A DNA stretch of 64,000 nucleotides from positions 1 to 64,000 of the forward strand of contig JBHHXN010000002.1 in NCBI GenBank assembly GCA_046757025.1, read 5' to 3'. Shown piece after piece: positions 51,061-63,205 of the stretch (position 1 is its first letter; every line of letters begins with the position of its first letter). The notes under the pieces were generated by a model. It was given only the letters and a program-made list of their open reading frames with translations. It was not told the DNA's origin and searched no databases. This stretch comes from a bacterium. Lineage in GTDB: Bacteria > Zhuqueibacterota > Zhuqueibacteria > Oceanimicrobiales > Oceanimicrobiaceae. Made by a program: the position numbers and the translations under genes.

Positions 51061-51276
51061 TGAAAACGGATACGTTTAATCCATGTACTTTTCCCCATGG
51101 CCGCCCTTAATCCATTTGAGACATCAAAATTCGAATCGAAACTATACGCTTTGATGGACATTTTTGAAGATTTGACCAACGGATTCAAACATCCGGACCA
51201 TAAAAACTGAAATGAAATAAAATATTGACTTTCAATTAAAATTTCCTTAAATAAAGTTTGCAGTGGAATTTGAGGA

Positions 51277-52089
51277 TTGAAATTGGATTGGTTCGTTGGT
51301 GCTCTGTTATCGCTTCTCGTCACAACTTGTTCGTACTATTTGAGTTTTTTGACTAAGGGAGGGGCCATTGCGGTATATGTTGTCGGCTGGCTTATTTTCA
51401 GTTTAGGAAAGATGACTTTTAGTCTGCCCATTTTAATATTTTTTATTTCATCGAATATTTTTTCGCGGTTGGGGAAATCTCAAAAATCACAGTTGAAAAA
51501 TTACTACCCCCAAAAGAACACTCGAGATGTGGGACAGATTATGGCCAATGGCATTTTTCCAATTTTATTTTTATTGGGTTGGAGTCACTTTCATCATCCG
51601 ATGTGGATTCTTTTGTTTTTCTCTTCGCTTGCCGGGGCCGCTGCCGACACCTGGGCTACGGAAATCGGTGTTTTGTCCAAGCAGAACCCCCGCTCCCTGT
51701 TAAATTTTAGAACCGTTCAAAAAGGAATTTCGGGCGGTGTATCGGTTTTAGGAGAGATTGCAGCCATTTTAGGTGCGTTTTTAATTGCGGCGGTTGGCAT
51801 TTGCATTACACGACTTGAAACAAAAATAATCTTTTCCTGGAAACACCTCGTGCTCGTTACGTTCGCAGGATTTGTCTCGCAAATATTCGATAGTATTTTG
51901 GGCGCCGCTCTGCAAGTGAAATATCAATGCTCTGAATGTCATCAAATTACTGAACGCAAAACTCACTGCAAAAGCGCCCTGACGGAAAAAATATCCGGGA
52001 TACGATGGGTAAACAACGACTTAGTTAACTTTTTATCAATTGGCTGCGGAATTGGGACCGCATGGCTCACTTTAAAAACAATAAACTAA
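51277..52089 (+). CDS. DUF92 (TMEM19-like) membrane protein
   Basis: 'RDVGQIMANG', 'AADTWATEIG', 'GISGGVS..G', 'DSILGA', 'NNDLVNF'. Confidence 0.9.
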   Translation: MKLDWFVGALLSLLVTTCSYYLSFLTKGGAIAVYVVGWLIFSLGKMTFSLPILIFFISSNIFSRLGKSQKSQLKNYYPQKNTRDVGQIMANGIFPILFLLGWSHFHHPMWILLFFSSLAGAAADTWATEIGVLSKQNPRSLLNFRTVQKGISGGVSVLGEIAAILGAFLIAAVGICITRLETKIIFSWKHLVLVTFAGFVSQIFDSILGAALQVKYQCSECHQITERKTHCKSALTEKISGIRWVNNDLVNFLSIGCGIGTAWLTLKTIN

Positions 52090-52102
52090 TCGTGGAAATA
52101 GT

Positions 52103-52402
52103 GTGATGCCTTTCAAAAACAACCATTTCGGGAAACTATTGGGTGGGGCGATTTTGATTGTCTTTCTCTATATCAGCTTTGGTGGAGAATATAATTTGTA
52201 CTTACTTTGGAAGTTACACAATAAAAAGCAGATGCTGCTTGAGCAGATCAAACAAAACCAATTCGAAAACGCTCACTTGCTTGACAAGATTGAAAAACTA
52301 AAATACGACTTTGATTATATGGAAAAAGTCGCCCGTGAAAAGTATAAAATGGGCAAACCCGGAGAGCAAATATACTTAACCAAAAACAGGAATATAAATT
52401 GA
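52103..52402 (+). CDS. Septum formation initiator family protein (FtsB/DivIC-like)
   Basis: Single TM, coiled coil, 'EKVAREKY.M.KPGE'. Confidence 0.85.
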   Translation: MMPFKNNHFGKLLGGAILIVFLYISFGGEYNLYLLWKLHNKKQMLLEQIKQNQFENAHLLDKIEKLKYDFDYMEKVAREKYKMGKPGEQIYLTKNRNIN

Positions 52403-53115
52403 GCGATTCTAAGCCACTTTTGCCCAAAGGAGGGATAGGACGAAAATTCAGAGCCTATTTTTTTACCGGTCTATTGGTACTGGTGCCTGTTGTGCTGACC
52501 GGTTACATCATTTGGAATTTATTTTTGGCCATCGATGGCATACTGCGAGGTTTTTCTTATAATTTCATCGTGGAAAAACTGGAACGGTTTGGAATGGAGT
52601 TTGGAGACAAACAAATTCCAGGAATCGGGTTCATCACTTTAATATTAATTATTTTGCTAACCGGAATCATCGCAAGAAATTATCTTGGTAGAAAGGTTGT
52701 CAACTTTGGCGATAAAATTGTCGAAAGCATTCCCCTAATAAATCGGGTGTACGGTGCCATTAAACAAATCAGTCATGCGTTCTTTTCCACACAAAGAGAA
52801 GTCTTTAAAAAACCGATATTATTTGAATATCCACGTAAAGGAATTTACTCTATTGGATTTTATACTCAGGACACTCGGGGTACTGTCCAGGATGCCATTG
52901 ATGTGGATGTCGTCAGTATCTTTTTGCCAACGACCCCAAATCCGACTTCCGGGTTTTTGCTTTTTGTTCAAAAGTCTGAAATAATTGAGCTAGATTTAAC
53001 CATAGAGGAAGCGCTTAAACTGGTTATTTCTGGTGGCGCCATCGTGCCCATTGAATCAAAAAACCTCAAAACGACCGTGCAGTCAAAAGAAGAAGCATCC
53101 AAAATATCGCAGTAA
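52399..53115 (+). CDS. DUF502-family membrane protein
   Basis: 'YFFTGLLVLVP', 'IPLI..VY.AIKQI', 'PTTPNPTSGF', 'ISGG'. Confidence 0.9.
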   Translation: MSDSKPLLPKGGIGRKFRAYFFTGLLVLVPVVLTGYIIWNLFLAIDGILRGFSYNFIVEKLERFGMEFGDKQIPGIGFITLILIILLTGIIARNYLGRKVVNFGDKIVESIPLINRVYGAIKQISHAFFSTQREVFKKPILFEYPRKGIYSIGFYTQDTRGTVQDAIDVDVVSIFLPTTPNPTSGFLLFVQKSEIIELDLTIEEALKLVISGGAIVPIESKNLKTTVQSKEEASKISQ

Positions 53116-53116
53116 G

Positions 53117-55030
53117 TTGAATGAGTTAATTCAATTTAAGATACTGAGTTGCAGCAACTCACGTAAAATTTTATGCACTTTTTTGATATTATCTTTCGCA
53201 CCCGAATTAGCATTAAATCAAATCAGGCAACCTGAGCAATTTGAGCCTAATTCATTAAATTACTCCAATCTCAGCTTTAGTCAGGATCTAAATATTTATT
53301 CTTGGGTATATTCTTTTTATTGTCACAATACTTTGGGAAACAGTTTAGAGTATTACATAAAAGAAGATTTTCGGTCAACCTTGCAAAGCATCGCAGCAAA
53401 AGATCATTGGAAGGACAAACAAGATTTTGTTTTAAACCTGACAAAATCATTTAAGAACAATCTCTCACTGACCGCGGATTTTAATTCACATATTTTATCC
53501 GACCCCTTGGCGGGTTTTGACAATGATGTGATACATCACTCCGTTTCTGCGTCGATGAAATATCAGCCGAATCAAAAAATCACGATTGCACCTCTGGTTA
53601 CGAGTAAATGGCAGACACAACGGGAACAAAGTGACTACGGGTTGGGTTACGGTGTAAATGCAGAGTTGTATGATCTGAACTATCATGGCTACCAAAATAA
53701 CCTAACGTTTTACACCGCAAGAGACTTTTTCCCAAAAAGGAAAAACGCAGATATCAAGCTAAGGTACCAAATTAAACGTCAGTTTTACGACGCCACCATT
53801 GACACATTTATCATATATCACGACAAAATCCGCAGAGATACGTTTGATGCGGACACGAACGGGGTGTTTATTCGAAATCTTACTCAAACTTTTAGTGGAA
53901 TTGAAAATCACCTAAGTTACAACCTGGCCCCAAACATCATCCTTTATTTAAAAAATTCTATCGCTACCACTTCATTTGAAGTCAGTAAACTCAAATCCCC
54001 AGCGAAAGAAATCAGCAAAGATGACCGAGGCTTTGAATCCAAACACACCGTTAGGCTATCATGGCAAAAACCCAGATGGTATGGAAGTTTTGGTTGGAAT
54101 TTTCGTTCACGCGCTAAGGATGATCGGCGCCCGCAGAAGACCGATCTCGATCCCTTTGGAAACCGCCATCCTTCCTTGGGCTTTGATACCGATGAAGTTT
54201 TAGTCAAATTATTTACTCGCGGTGGTTGGGCTTTTTCAAACAAAGATTCCATTGGGTTTGTGGCATCTGTTTCAAAATTTCAATTTGATACTTCAGACAC
54301 CACCAACCCCAACAATCACGACCAACTTCGATGGCAATTTACAGTTAATTATGCCCATGCATTTGGTTCAGGGTTAAAAATTGAATGGAAGGGTGGAGCG
54401 TTTTTAAACCATTTCGTTTATATTTCAAGCAAGTTCAGCAGTGATAACAACTGGGAACGCGTATTACAATTAACCCCGGTGGTGATTTACCGGCCCCATA
54501 GCCGTTTTGCATTTCGACAAAGTTTTACCGTTCGCGCAAAATACCAAACCTATGATTTTAATGATAATGCAAACAACACAAGGGATTCCGCGAACAGACA
54601 ATTTATTTTTACCAACAGTACTCGTTATGGCTTCAACTCCGACACCTGGGTGGAGCTGGGATTACACCTGGAATTAGCTGAACAAGGTAGATTGTTTTAC
54701 CGTTTGTGGCGGCAGAGATTAGCGCTCTCCTGGCGAAATCAAGAGCTGCAATTGCTCATCAAACATAAATTGGGGTGGAATTTCTTAATAGCTTTGGGGG
54801 GCAGTTTTTTTCATCAAGTGCGCTGGAATCACAATATCGATTCCCAGGGCAACTTAATAAAAACCGTGCGCGCAAAACACACCAATCTTGGACCGGCACT
54901 CGAATTATCGTTTAAACCAAATCGTTCATTAGAATTTGTTTTTTGGGGCGACATTCAATTTGTATTGGCGTCACGAAAAAAAACCGAGCAAATCAATAAT
55001 TTTGACGTCAAATTGAATTGGCTCTTTTAA
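53117..55030 (+). CDS. Hypothetical outer-membrane beta-barrel-like protein
   Basis: Long ORF with amphipathic beta-strand pattern and terminal 'LNWLF'. Start uncertain (TTG 53117 chosen). Confidence 0.65.
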   Translation: MNELIQFKILSCSNSRKILCTFLILSFAPELALNQIRQPEQFEPNSLNYSNLSFSQDLNIYSWVYSFYCHNTLGNSLEYYIKEDFRSTLQSIAAKDHWKDKQDFVLNLTKSFKNNLSLTADFNSHILSDPLAGFDNDVIHHSVSASMKYQPNQKITIAPLVTSKWQTQREQSDYGLGYGVNAELYDLNYHGYQNNLTFYTARDFFPKRKNADIKLRYQIKRQFYDATIDTFIIYHDKIRRDTFDADTNGVFIRNLTQTFSGIENHLSYNLAPNIILYLKNSIATTSFEVSKLKSPAKEISKDDRGFESKHTVRLSWQKPRWYGSFGWNFRSRAKDDRRPQKTDLDPFGNRHPSLGFDTDEVLVKLFTRGGWAFSNKDSIGFVASVSKFQFDTSDTTNPNNHDQLRWQFTVNYAHAFGSGLKIEWKGGAFLNHFVYISSKFSSDNNWERVLQLTPVVIYRPHSRFAFRQSFTVRAKYQTYDFNDNANNTRDSANRQFIFTNSTRYGFNSDTWVELGLHLELAEQGRLFYRLWRQRLALSWRNQELQLLIKHKLGWNFLIALGGSFFHQVRWNHNIDSQGNLIKTVRAKHTNLGPALELSFKPNRSLEFVFWGDIQFVLASRKKTEQINNFDVKLNWLF

Positions 55031-55037
55031 GAAAGGA

Positions 55038-55466
55038 ATGACCGTGGGCGGAAAAAAATCAAAGCAATTAACCATGACCATCCTGAGTAGATTGGAAGAG
55101 ATCGAGCAGGTTGAAAGACTTGCTGAAAAAGCCGCCGATAAAATGCAATTTGATGAAGAAGAAAAAGACAGCCTGGCAATTGCAGTTACCGAAGCTGTCA
55201 ATAATGCCATCATTCATGGTAACAAACAAAATAAAAAAAAGAAAGTCCATATTAAATTTACCTTCCAAAAGAAAAAATTGATCGTAACCATCAAAGATGA
55301 AGGCGAGGGATTCAATCCAGAAAAACTCAGCGATCCCCTGGCACCAGAAAACTTGTTAAAGGAAAGCGGGCGCGGAATTTTTATTTTATCGACTTTAATG
55401 GATGATGTCAAATTCAAATTTAACAAAGACGGTACAGAAATCAGCATGTTTAAAGAAAAAAAATAA
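55038..55466 (+). CDS. RsbW-like anti-sigma factor / HATPase
   Basis: 'EAVNNAIIHGN', 'DEGEGF', 'GRGIF...LMD'. Confidence 0.9.
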   Translation: MTVGGKKSKQLTMTILSRLEEIEQVERLAEKAADKMQFDEEEKDSLAIAVTEAVNNAIIHGNKQNKKKKVHIKFTFQKKKLIVTIKDEGEGFNPEKLSDPLAPENLLKESGRGIFILSTLMDDVKFKFNKDGTEISMFKEKK

Positions 55467-55496
55467 CCGGTCTAAAAAATTTTTTAATGTGAGCTC

Positions 55497-55584
55497 GAAG
55501 TCGTAGGGGCGCTGATTTTTTCAATCGGCTGAGACCGGTCCCTTTGAACCTGATCCAGGTAATTCTGGCGTAGGAAATGGCTTA
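55497..55584 (+). ncRNA. TPP riboswitch aptamer
   Basis: GGGGCGCTG..GGCTGAGA..CCCTTTGAACCTGATCCAGGTAATTCTGGCGTAGGAA directly upstream of thiC. Confidence 0.95.
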
Positions 55585-55607
55585 AATTAAAGATGTCAAT
55601 TAATTAT

Positions 55608-55659
55608 AAACCGTATTCATGTTCTCGGAAGCTCGAGCCAGAAGACGGTTTTTTATTTT
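55608..55659 (+). terminator. Riboswitch expression-platform terminator
   Basis: AAACCGT..ACGGTTT stem followed by a T tract, between the aptamer and the thiC RBS. Confidence 0.65.
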
Positions 55660-55676
55660 AATCATGGAGGTTTTAA

Positions 55677-57092
<1,416 letters not shown>

Positions 57093-57128
57093 CCGGTACT
57101 CTGCAACAAGACTCACAACAAGTCAGCA

Positions 57129-58160
57129 TCAGGGCCAAGCTGATAAAGGGCTGGAGGTGTTGTTAGGAGGATTTGTTTGCGCGTTTGAAATTTCCGAATC
57201 CTGCGAGCTAAGCCTGGGAATTTTCAGCTTCTGACCAGGAAATATCAGATTCGGGTTCTTTAATATATCACGATTTGCCTTGAATATTTCACCATATTTA
57301 AGAGCGTCGCCATAATACGCCTTGGCAATCTTAGATAACCAATCGCCCTTTTTTACGGTATAATATTCATAAGCGATATCTTTCGTTTTTGTGGACGAGG
57401 ACTCTTTGATTCTTGGCGTACGTTCAATACGCCGGGGGGTAGCTATTTGTTCGTTTAATTTTTTTAACCTGTTTACATCATTCTGAGTTTTACCCGATCC
57501 GGTAGTTAAATCAAAATGATTTTTAACATCCGTCACATCTGGTACAAAAGCGCTGAGATCCGATTCAGGTTTTTCACTTTGAACGTCGTCAGCCTGATTC
57601 TTAAAGAAGGGTTCAGGTTTGGGGGTGGGAATTTCTAGAAATTGAGAGTGACTCACCGGCAATTCGATGGTGGTAAAGGATTTCAGCAATGAAATCGATT
57701 CGTGCTGTGAATCCGAGCTTTGGTAAGATACATAGCGACCAACGATAAGCGCCTTATAGTTCCCCACTTGCAAATTACTCATCTCAATATTTACTAGCTC
57801 GGTTTCACCTGGAAAAATATGTATCCGGTCACCTTCAAATCTGGTAATGTATTTTCCTGACAGGTCATACAATTCAGCCCACACCAGCGGCCGTTGAATA
57901 ATTTCACCTGCGTTTTTTAGTTTTATTTGTAAAATACTTTTTGAATCTGTAATTTGGAGATTTGAACTTAAAAATTTCACAAAACCCACTCTTCCTCTGG
58001 AATGGGTGGGGTTCTTGATATTCTCAGAAACGCCTTTAGAAAAATTGAATACCTTTTTTTGACTTTTTACCGATTGGCCCGAACTGAATCTGGTTTGCGT
58101 ATTCATCCCTAAAAAAAATATCGCAACAATAACCAAAATTGATAAATTATTATTTTTCAT
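57129..58160 (-). CDS. Exported LysM-domain protein
   Basis: Signal/TM from ATG 58160; C-terminal 'YTVKKGDWLSKIA..YG..IFKAN...NPNLIFPGQKLKIP'. Confidence 0.85.
   Translation of the reverse strand: MKNNNLSILVIVAIFFLGMNTQTRFSSGQSVKSQKKVFNFSKGVSENIKNPTHSRGRVGFVKFLSSNLQITDSKSILQIKLKNAGEIIQRPLVWAELYDLSGKYITRFEGDRIHIFPGETELVNIEMSNLQVGNYKALIVGRYVSYQSSDSQHESISLLKSFTTIELPVSHSQFLEIPTPKPEPFFKNQADDVQSEKPESDLSAFVPDVTDVKNHFDLTTGSGKTQNDVNRLKKLNEQIATPRRIERTPRIKESSSTKTKDIAYEYYTVKKGDWLSKIAKAYYGDALKYGEIFKANRDILKNPNLIFPGQKLKIPRLSSQDSEISNAQTNPPNNTSSPLSAWP
57453..57516. repeat. 64-bp direct repeat, copy 2 (inside the LysM gene linker)
   Basis: 62/64 identical to 41266-41329. Confidence 0.9.
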
Positions 58161-58444
58161 GAAGATATTTAAAATAAAATTCGTCCGGTTTTGCGACAAA
58201 TGCTTTTGAGGAAATCGATGTGTTTCCATCCTGTCAATTTCATGCAACAACCTTAATTTGCAATTTACATGCCAAGGAACGCAATACTTCAATTTGAACC
58301 AATCAGGCATGTTTTGGGTTTGTAAATTCCAGCTCTTGCCTTCTTTTATTCAAGTAAACTGGTCAAATATTGACCATCTGTTTATAATTTGAACAGATCC
58401 TAATCCTGCTTAAATAATCGGAACATATTCACTGCACTTGAATT

Positions 58445-58780
58445 GAGGCTGTTGCAGAAAGTCAATTTTCTCCACCAAAACTGAAGGGCAGATTATGATT
58501 CCGCAGACAAAAGGCTTCTCGAAAAACGCTGAGCGGTTCCATCCTCCAAAAATATTTATTCCGTAATTTTAATCTAAAGGATGAGAAAATTAAAAAAAAC
58601 AGGGCCTGTTACTGGTTGGAATTAAATGAAGAAGTAAATGCATACACCCCCAAATTAACCCGCTGAATGAAAGTGCCGCCTAGTCGATTTTGTGGGAAAA
58701 AGGAATGCCGATCAATTCACATGCAAGCACGAATTAAGAAAATCGACCATCCTCAATGTGTTCTTATCTGCAATGGCTTA
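58445..58780. mobile_element. Possible degenerate IS1182/IS5-like remnant
   Basis: GAGGCTGTTGCAGAAAGTC at 58445 resembles an IS end; weak complement CTTATCTGCAATGGCTT near 58763-58779. Confidence 0.3.
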
Positions 58781-58785
58781 TTATC

Positions 58786-61050
58786 TTATTTTGCAAACTC
58801 TCTCATAAAATTTAACATTTCATCGATACGGGTTGTAGGAGCTTTACAGGCATAATTCTGACAAACATAGGCCGTGGCTTTGCCGTTTTGAGTACTTTGA
58901 TTTTCCGTAAACGGCGCTATTTCGACGATTGGTGGTTTGTTAACTTCCACCGGTCGAAAAAGAGTCACCTTATTGGGCACGTAAATTTGTTGCAAAGCTT
59001 TTATCATCGCAATACTGTCTTTTTTGTTGGACTTTCCCGCGATCACCACTTCAATCGAAGGGCCAATGGCAAAATCTAAAGCCGTTAAATACTGTGTGTA
59101 TCCGCTCGCAACGCGCGTTATTTGGTTCGAAAAGCACTTTCCGATGGCAGCTGCTTTTGTTTCAAATTCAGGATTTCCGGTAAATCGGCTGATACGCAGT
59201 AAATTGAGTGCCGCAACTGAATTTCCAGAAGGCAGGGCGCCATCATAAATTTCTTTGTTTCGTATGAGCAGCTCTTCTGCGTTCTCAGCCGTGAAAAACA
59301 ATCCGCCCTTTTCATCGTCCCAAAACAGATTCAACATGTTTTCATTCAACAGAGTTGCCCGCCGAAGAAATTTCACCTCGTAAGTAGCTTCATAAAGCTC
59401 CAACAAACCCCACACAAAAAAAGCGTAATCATCAACGTGTGCTTGAAGCCCGGATTCACCCTGTCGATGCCTTTTCATTAAAAGACCCTCTTCATCTCGT
59501 AATTGCTCCCAAATGAAGTCCGCAGCCCGGCTGGCTGCTTGTGCATATTGGGGTTCATCCAGCACGGCTGCTCCCTTTGCCAAAGCCGCTATCATCAGGC
59601 CATTCCAATCGGTTAAAATTTTATCGTCTTTCAACGGATGAATTCGCTTTTCTCTAAATTTGAAAAGCTTCTGTCGAACATCCTTCCAAATTGCATGCAA
59701 CTCATCATATTGGAAGCCCGCTTGCTCTGCCAACACAGTCAAAGGCTGCTCAAGGTGCAAAATGTTTTTGCCGGTTTTTTGACCGCTGGCCTGATCCAGA
59801 AAATTGCCTGCGTCCTCCACATTAAAAAGTTTGATGATTAAACTACCTTTTTCCTCTCCTACAATGTCTTTTATTTCTTGTGGACTCCACAAGTAAAACA
59901 ATCCTTCTTCACCTTCACTGTCCGCATCTTCCGCGGAATAAAAACCCCCTTCAGGAGCCGTCATGTCTCTAAGAACATAAGTAAATATTTCCCGAGCGGT
60001 TTCGGCGTATTCATTCTTCCGCGTTACTTGAAAGGTTTCTAAATAGGCGATAGCCATCATGGCTTGATCATAAAGCATTTTTTCGAAATGCGGAAGCATC
60101 CATTGAACATCGGTAGAATAGCGATGAAAACCGAATCCAACATGGTCAAAAATTCCACCAAGCCGCAACCGCTGCAACGTTTTCTCGACCATTTTAATTG
60201 CTTGATCATTTCCCGTGCGGTGGAAGTAACGCAGTAAAAAAGTGAAATTGTGTGGCGAAGGAAATTTGGGTGCAGAACCAAATCCTCCATGCTTTTCGTC
60301 AAATTTGTTGAGCAATTGATTAAATGCGCTGTGTAAAACATCTTCAGAAAGTTCTTCCCCTGGTTGCACGGAGATAGATTTTTGAAGATAGTCCACGATT
60401 TGCGTTGAGCTTTCAATGATTTTTTCACGTTGCGTTTTCCACAGCTCTGAGATTTTGGGCACGAGATCCATCATGCCAATTTGCTGGTAGCGGCTAATTT
60501 TGGGGAAATACGTGCCAGCAAAAAAGGGCCGCTTCTCTGGCGTCATGATAATCGTCAACGGCCAACCCCCTCTTTGTGTCAAGGCCTGGCAAACCGCCAT
60601 GTAAATTTGATCGATATCGGGTCGCTCCTCCCTGTCAACCTTAATACATACAAACGCCTCATTCATCACTCGCGCCACCGCCGTGTCTTGAAACGATTCG
60701 TGTTCCATGACGTGGCACCAATGACAGGTTGAATAACCAATGGAGAGAAAAATAGGCTTGTCTTCTTTCCGCGCTTTTGCAAAAGCCTCTTCACCCCAGG
60801 GATACCAATTCACCGGATTGCCAGCGTGTTGAAGTAAATAGGGGCTTTTTTCGAAAATCAAGCGATTATAGTCCGGGCCACCGTCAGCGGGCAGCTTTTT
60901 AATTTCTTCCTGAGAGGGTAACGGTTTACGCCCGGCCGATTCCTCTGCACCCTCACTAGACTGCCTCAATTTATCTGAAAATTGCATAATAAGCATCACC
61001 AGTAAAATTAAAAAAATCAAATAGGTCGCAGAATTTTTATTTACTTTCAT
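58786..61050 (-). CDS. Thioredoxin-domain protein of the YyaL/SPATA20 family
   Basis: '[19 protein letters not shown]', '[16 protein letters not shown]', '[11 protein letters not shown]'. Likely ATG 61050 with N-terminal TM. Confidence 0.93.
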   Translation of the reverse strand: MKVNKNSATYLIFLILLVMLIMQFSDKLRQSSEGAEESAGRKPLPSQEEIKKLPADGGPDYNRLIFEKSPYLLQHAGNPVNWYPWGEEAFAKARKEDKPIFLSIGYSTCHWCHVMEHESFQDTAVARVMNEAFVCIKVDREERPDIDQIYMAVCQALTQRGGWPLTIIMTPEKRPFFAGTYFPKISRYQQIGMMDLVPKISELWKTQREKIIESSTQIVDYLQKSISVQPGEELSEDVLHSAFNQLLNKFDEKHGGFGSAPKFPSPHNFTFLLRYFHRTGNDQAIKMVEKTLQRLRLGGIFDHVGFGFHRYSTDVQWMLPHFEKMLYDQAMMAIAYLETFQVTRKNEYAETAREIFTYVLRDMTAPEGGFYSAEDADSEGEEGLFYLWSPQEIKDIVGEEKGSLIIKLFNVEDAGNFLDQASGQKTGKNILHLEQPLTVLAEQAGFQYDELHAIWKDVRQKLFKFREKRIHPLKDDKILTDWNGLMIAALAKGAAVLDEPQYAQAASRAADFIWEQLRDEEGLLMKRHRQGESGLQAHVDDYAFFVWGLLELYEATYEVKFLRRATLLNENMLNLFWDDEKGGLFFTAENAEELLIRNKEIYDGALPSGNSVAALNLLRISRFTGNPEFETKAAAIGKCFSNQITRVASGYTQYLTALDFAIGPSIEVVIAGKSNKKDSIAMIKALQQIYVPNKVTLFRPVEVNKPPIVEIAPFTENQSTQNGKATAYVCQNYACKAPTTRIDEMLNFMREFAK

Positions 61051-61295
61051 TATTTGTACTTCTTTCTGAAAACAACTAATAAATAATGGACGATAGTAAT
61101 TTAGCGCATGGAGGTTGGTTTGTGAATACGTTTCCGCGCCTTTCACTAAACATTGTTTTATTAATTAATATGCCAACTATTTCAATTTTTTTTGGAGGAA
61201 CAGGAGAACAGTTGGAAAAATGCACTATCGCCTTTTAGATTTGTCAGCGGAAAAAATAACCGGGACTTTAATTCGATGCTGAAAAGCTCTGGTTA

Positions 61296-62360
61296 TTATA
61301 TACGGTAATTTTTAAATCCCCAGAGGAGCTCTTTCGCAGTGACTTTTATGATACTGGCGGTTGGCACAGCCAGCAACATTCCAAAAATTCCCAACAATTG
61401 GCCACCTATTAAAATTGCAATGATAATCGTCAGCGGATGCAATTCCACGCTTTTAGAAACGATGACTGGGGAAACAAAAATGTTCTCAAATAATTGAATT
61501 CCCGCAAAAGCCACGATAACCACGACCACAGCACCGAAAGAGCCGGTATCGATTAAGGCTATGACGATTGCCGGAACAGCCCCCACTATCGGGCCAAAAT
61601 ACGGTATCATATTCGCCAGGCCGGCGATGGAGCCGATAAAGAAAAAGTAACGAATATTTAACAGGTAAAGGGCCAGAATACTCAAGGTGCCCACAATTGC
61701 TGCAACCAGTAATTGCCCGCGGATATAGCGACCCAGTTGCGTACTCGTTTTGTGCAAGATGAGTAACGTCATTTCAAAATATCGATTCGGTACCCAGCTC
61801 ACCAGGGTCTTTTTCATGCGACGGCCATCTTTCAAAAAGAAAAAGGTGATAAAAGCCAACATGATGAGCGAGATTATTGTTGAAAATACACCGATTACAA
61901 TATTAAATCCTTTTTTCATCAAAGAATCGACTATGGATTGCAGCTCCTTTTGAATCATGGGGCTTTTTAACACCGGAAGTTTATCCCCCAATTTTTCCTT
62001 TAGTTGCTGAATCACCTGTCCGGGGGATTGCTCTCTCAAGCCAGAGCTAATTTGATGAACCTCATTCATCACGATTGGAGCAAGAAACTCAATGACCAGG
62101 AGCGTCATTAACACAATAATTCCGAAAACGATAATGACCGCCACCAAACGATCCAAGCCTTGATTTTCAATAAAATTTACTACCGGGTCAAAAAGAAATG
62201 CCAAAAACAGGGCGATAATTACGATGGTGACGACCGATTTTATGAGAGGAAGTATGGCCAAAAAGGCAAGCACTGCTATTAAGGCAAAGCCCCATTTTGC
62301 CATTTTTTTGAGCACTTGCTTGTTGACACTTACGGATAGAATTTCAGGAGAGGAAGGCAT
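61296..62360 (-). CDS. AI-2E family transporter
   Basis: 'YIRGQLL', 'IPYFGP', 'QLFEN..P', 'LHP', 'G..GMLLAVP'. Confidence 0.92.
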   Translation of the reverse strand: MPSSPEILSVSVNKQVLKKMAKWGFALIAVLAFLAILPLIKSVVTIVIIALFLAFLFDPVVNFIENQGLDRLVAVIIVFGIIVLMTLLVIEFLAPIVMNEVHQISSGLREQSPGQVIQQLKEKLGDKLPVLKSPMIQKELQSIVDSLMKKGFNIVIGVFSTIISLIMLAFITFFFLKDGRRMKKTLVSWVPNRYFEMTLLILHKTSTQLGRYIRGQLLVAAIVGTLSILALYLLNIRYFFFIGSIAGLANMIPYFGPIVGAVPAIVIALIDTGSFGAVVVVIVAFAGIQLFENIFVSPVIVSKSVELHPLTIIIAILIGGQLLGIFGMLLAVPTASIIKVTAKELLWGFKNYRI

Positions 62361-62363
62361 GGT

Positions 62364-62939
62364 TCAGGTGATCATTTTAGAGTTTTCAACTTTCGCCCAC
62401 AGTGCTTGCAGTTCTTCGTTGGTGTGTTTTAATCTTTCACCGATCGTCCGAGCAAGTTGAAACAGAAATTTATTGCCCAAGCGGGGCTTGCGATCGATCA
62501 GTCCCATGAGGTCGGGACGAAAGAGGCCGAGAATTTTGGTTTCTTCCAGTGCTATGGCAGTGGCAGACCGAGGCGATTCATCCAGCAAAGCGAGCTCGCC
62601 AAAAAACTCCCCCCGCTTTAGTTTAGCCAATTCTTCTTTTTCCTGTTCATTCACATTTTTAAAGATGGCAACAGAACCATCCTCCACAATATACATACCC
62701 ACTCCGGGCTCACTCTCCCAAAAAATGGTTTCATTTTCTTTGAATTTTCTTCGATGAATAATTTTCACAAACTCTTTTAAATTTGCCTTGCTTGTGCCGT
62801 GGAAAAGAGGCACCTGACGGAGGATAGCGATTACGGTCTCTTGACGACTTTTATCATTTTTAAAAATGTTGCGCCAAAGCGCATCCCCGACTTGAAACTT
62901 TGATACAGACGACGGTTTTTTCTTATTTTTCACATTCAT
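62364..62939 (-). CDS. Cyclic nucleotide-binding domain protein
   Basis: 'VPLF', 'GMYIV..G.V', 'GEFFGELALLD..PRSATA'. Confidence 0.92.
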   Translation of the reverse strand: MNVKNKKKPSSVSKFQVGDALWRNIFKNDKSRQETVIAILRQVPLFHGTSKANLKEFVKIIHRRKFKENETIFWESEPGVGMYIVEDGSVAIFKNVNEQEKEELAKLKRGEFFGELALLDESPRSATAIALEETKILGLFRPDLMGLIDRKPRLGNKFLFQLARTIGERLKHTNEELQALWAKVENSKMIT

Positions 62940-63205
62940 TTTAAGTTCAATATCTTAATTTTATATTCTAATATGAATGCCCAGTTGAAAATCTGTTTTA
63001 AATGATAATGATAAAGTCATCATGGTTTTCCGAATTTACTTCGGGCTCACCATGAAAACAGACGCATCCGTTTGATCAGAGTAGAAGTTTATTTTTTCAA
63101 CGGCTTATTCATAATTCTAAGATAATTAAATGCCGATCAGAAATCAAGTCAGAGTCTGTTCATCTTAAGAAAATTGTTTGAAACGGGCATTGTTAAAAAT
63201 ATCGC

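Noticed and set aside
51097..51210. 37-aa ORF MAALNPFETSKF.. and the antisense ORF 51057-51323
   Set aside because: No RBS and no recognisable motif.
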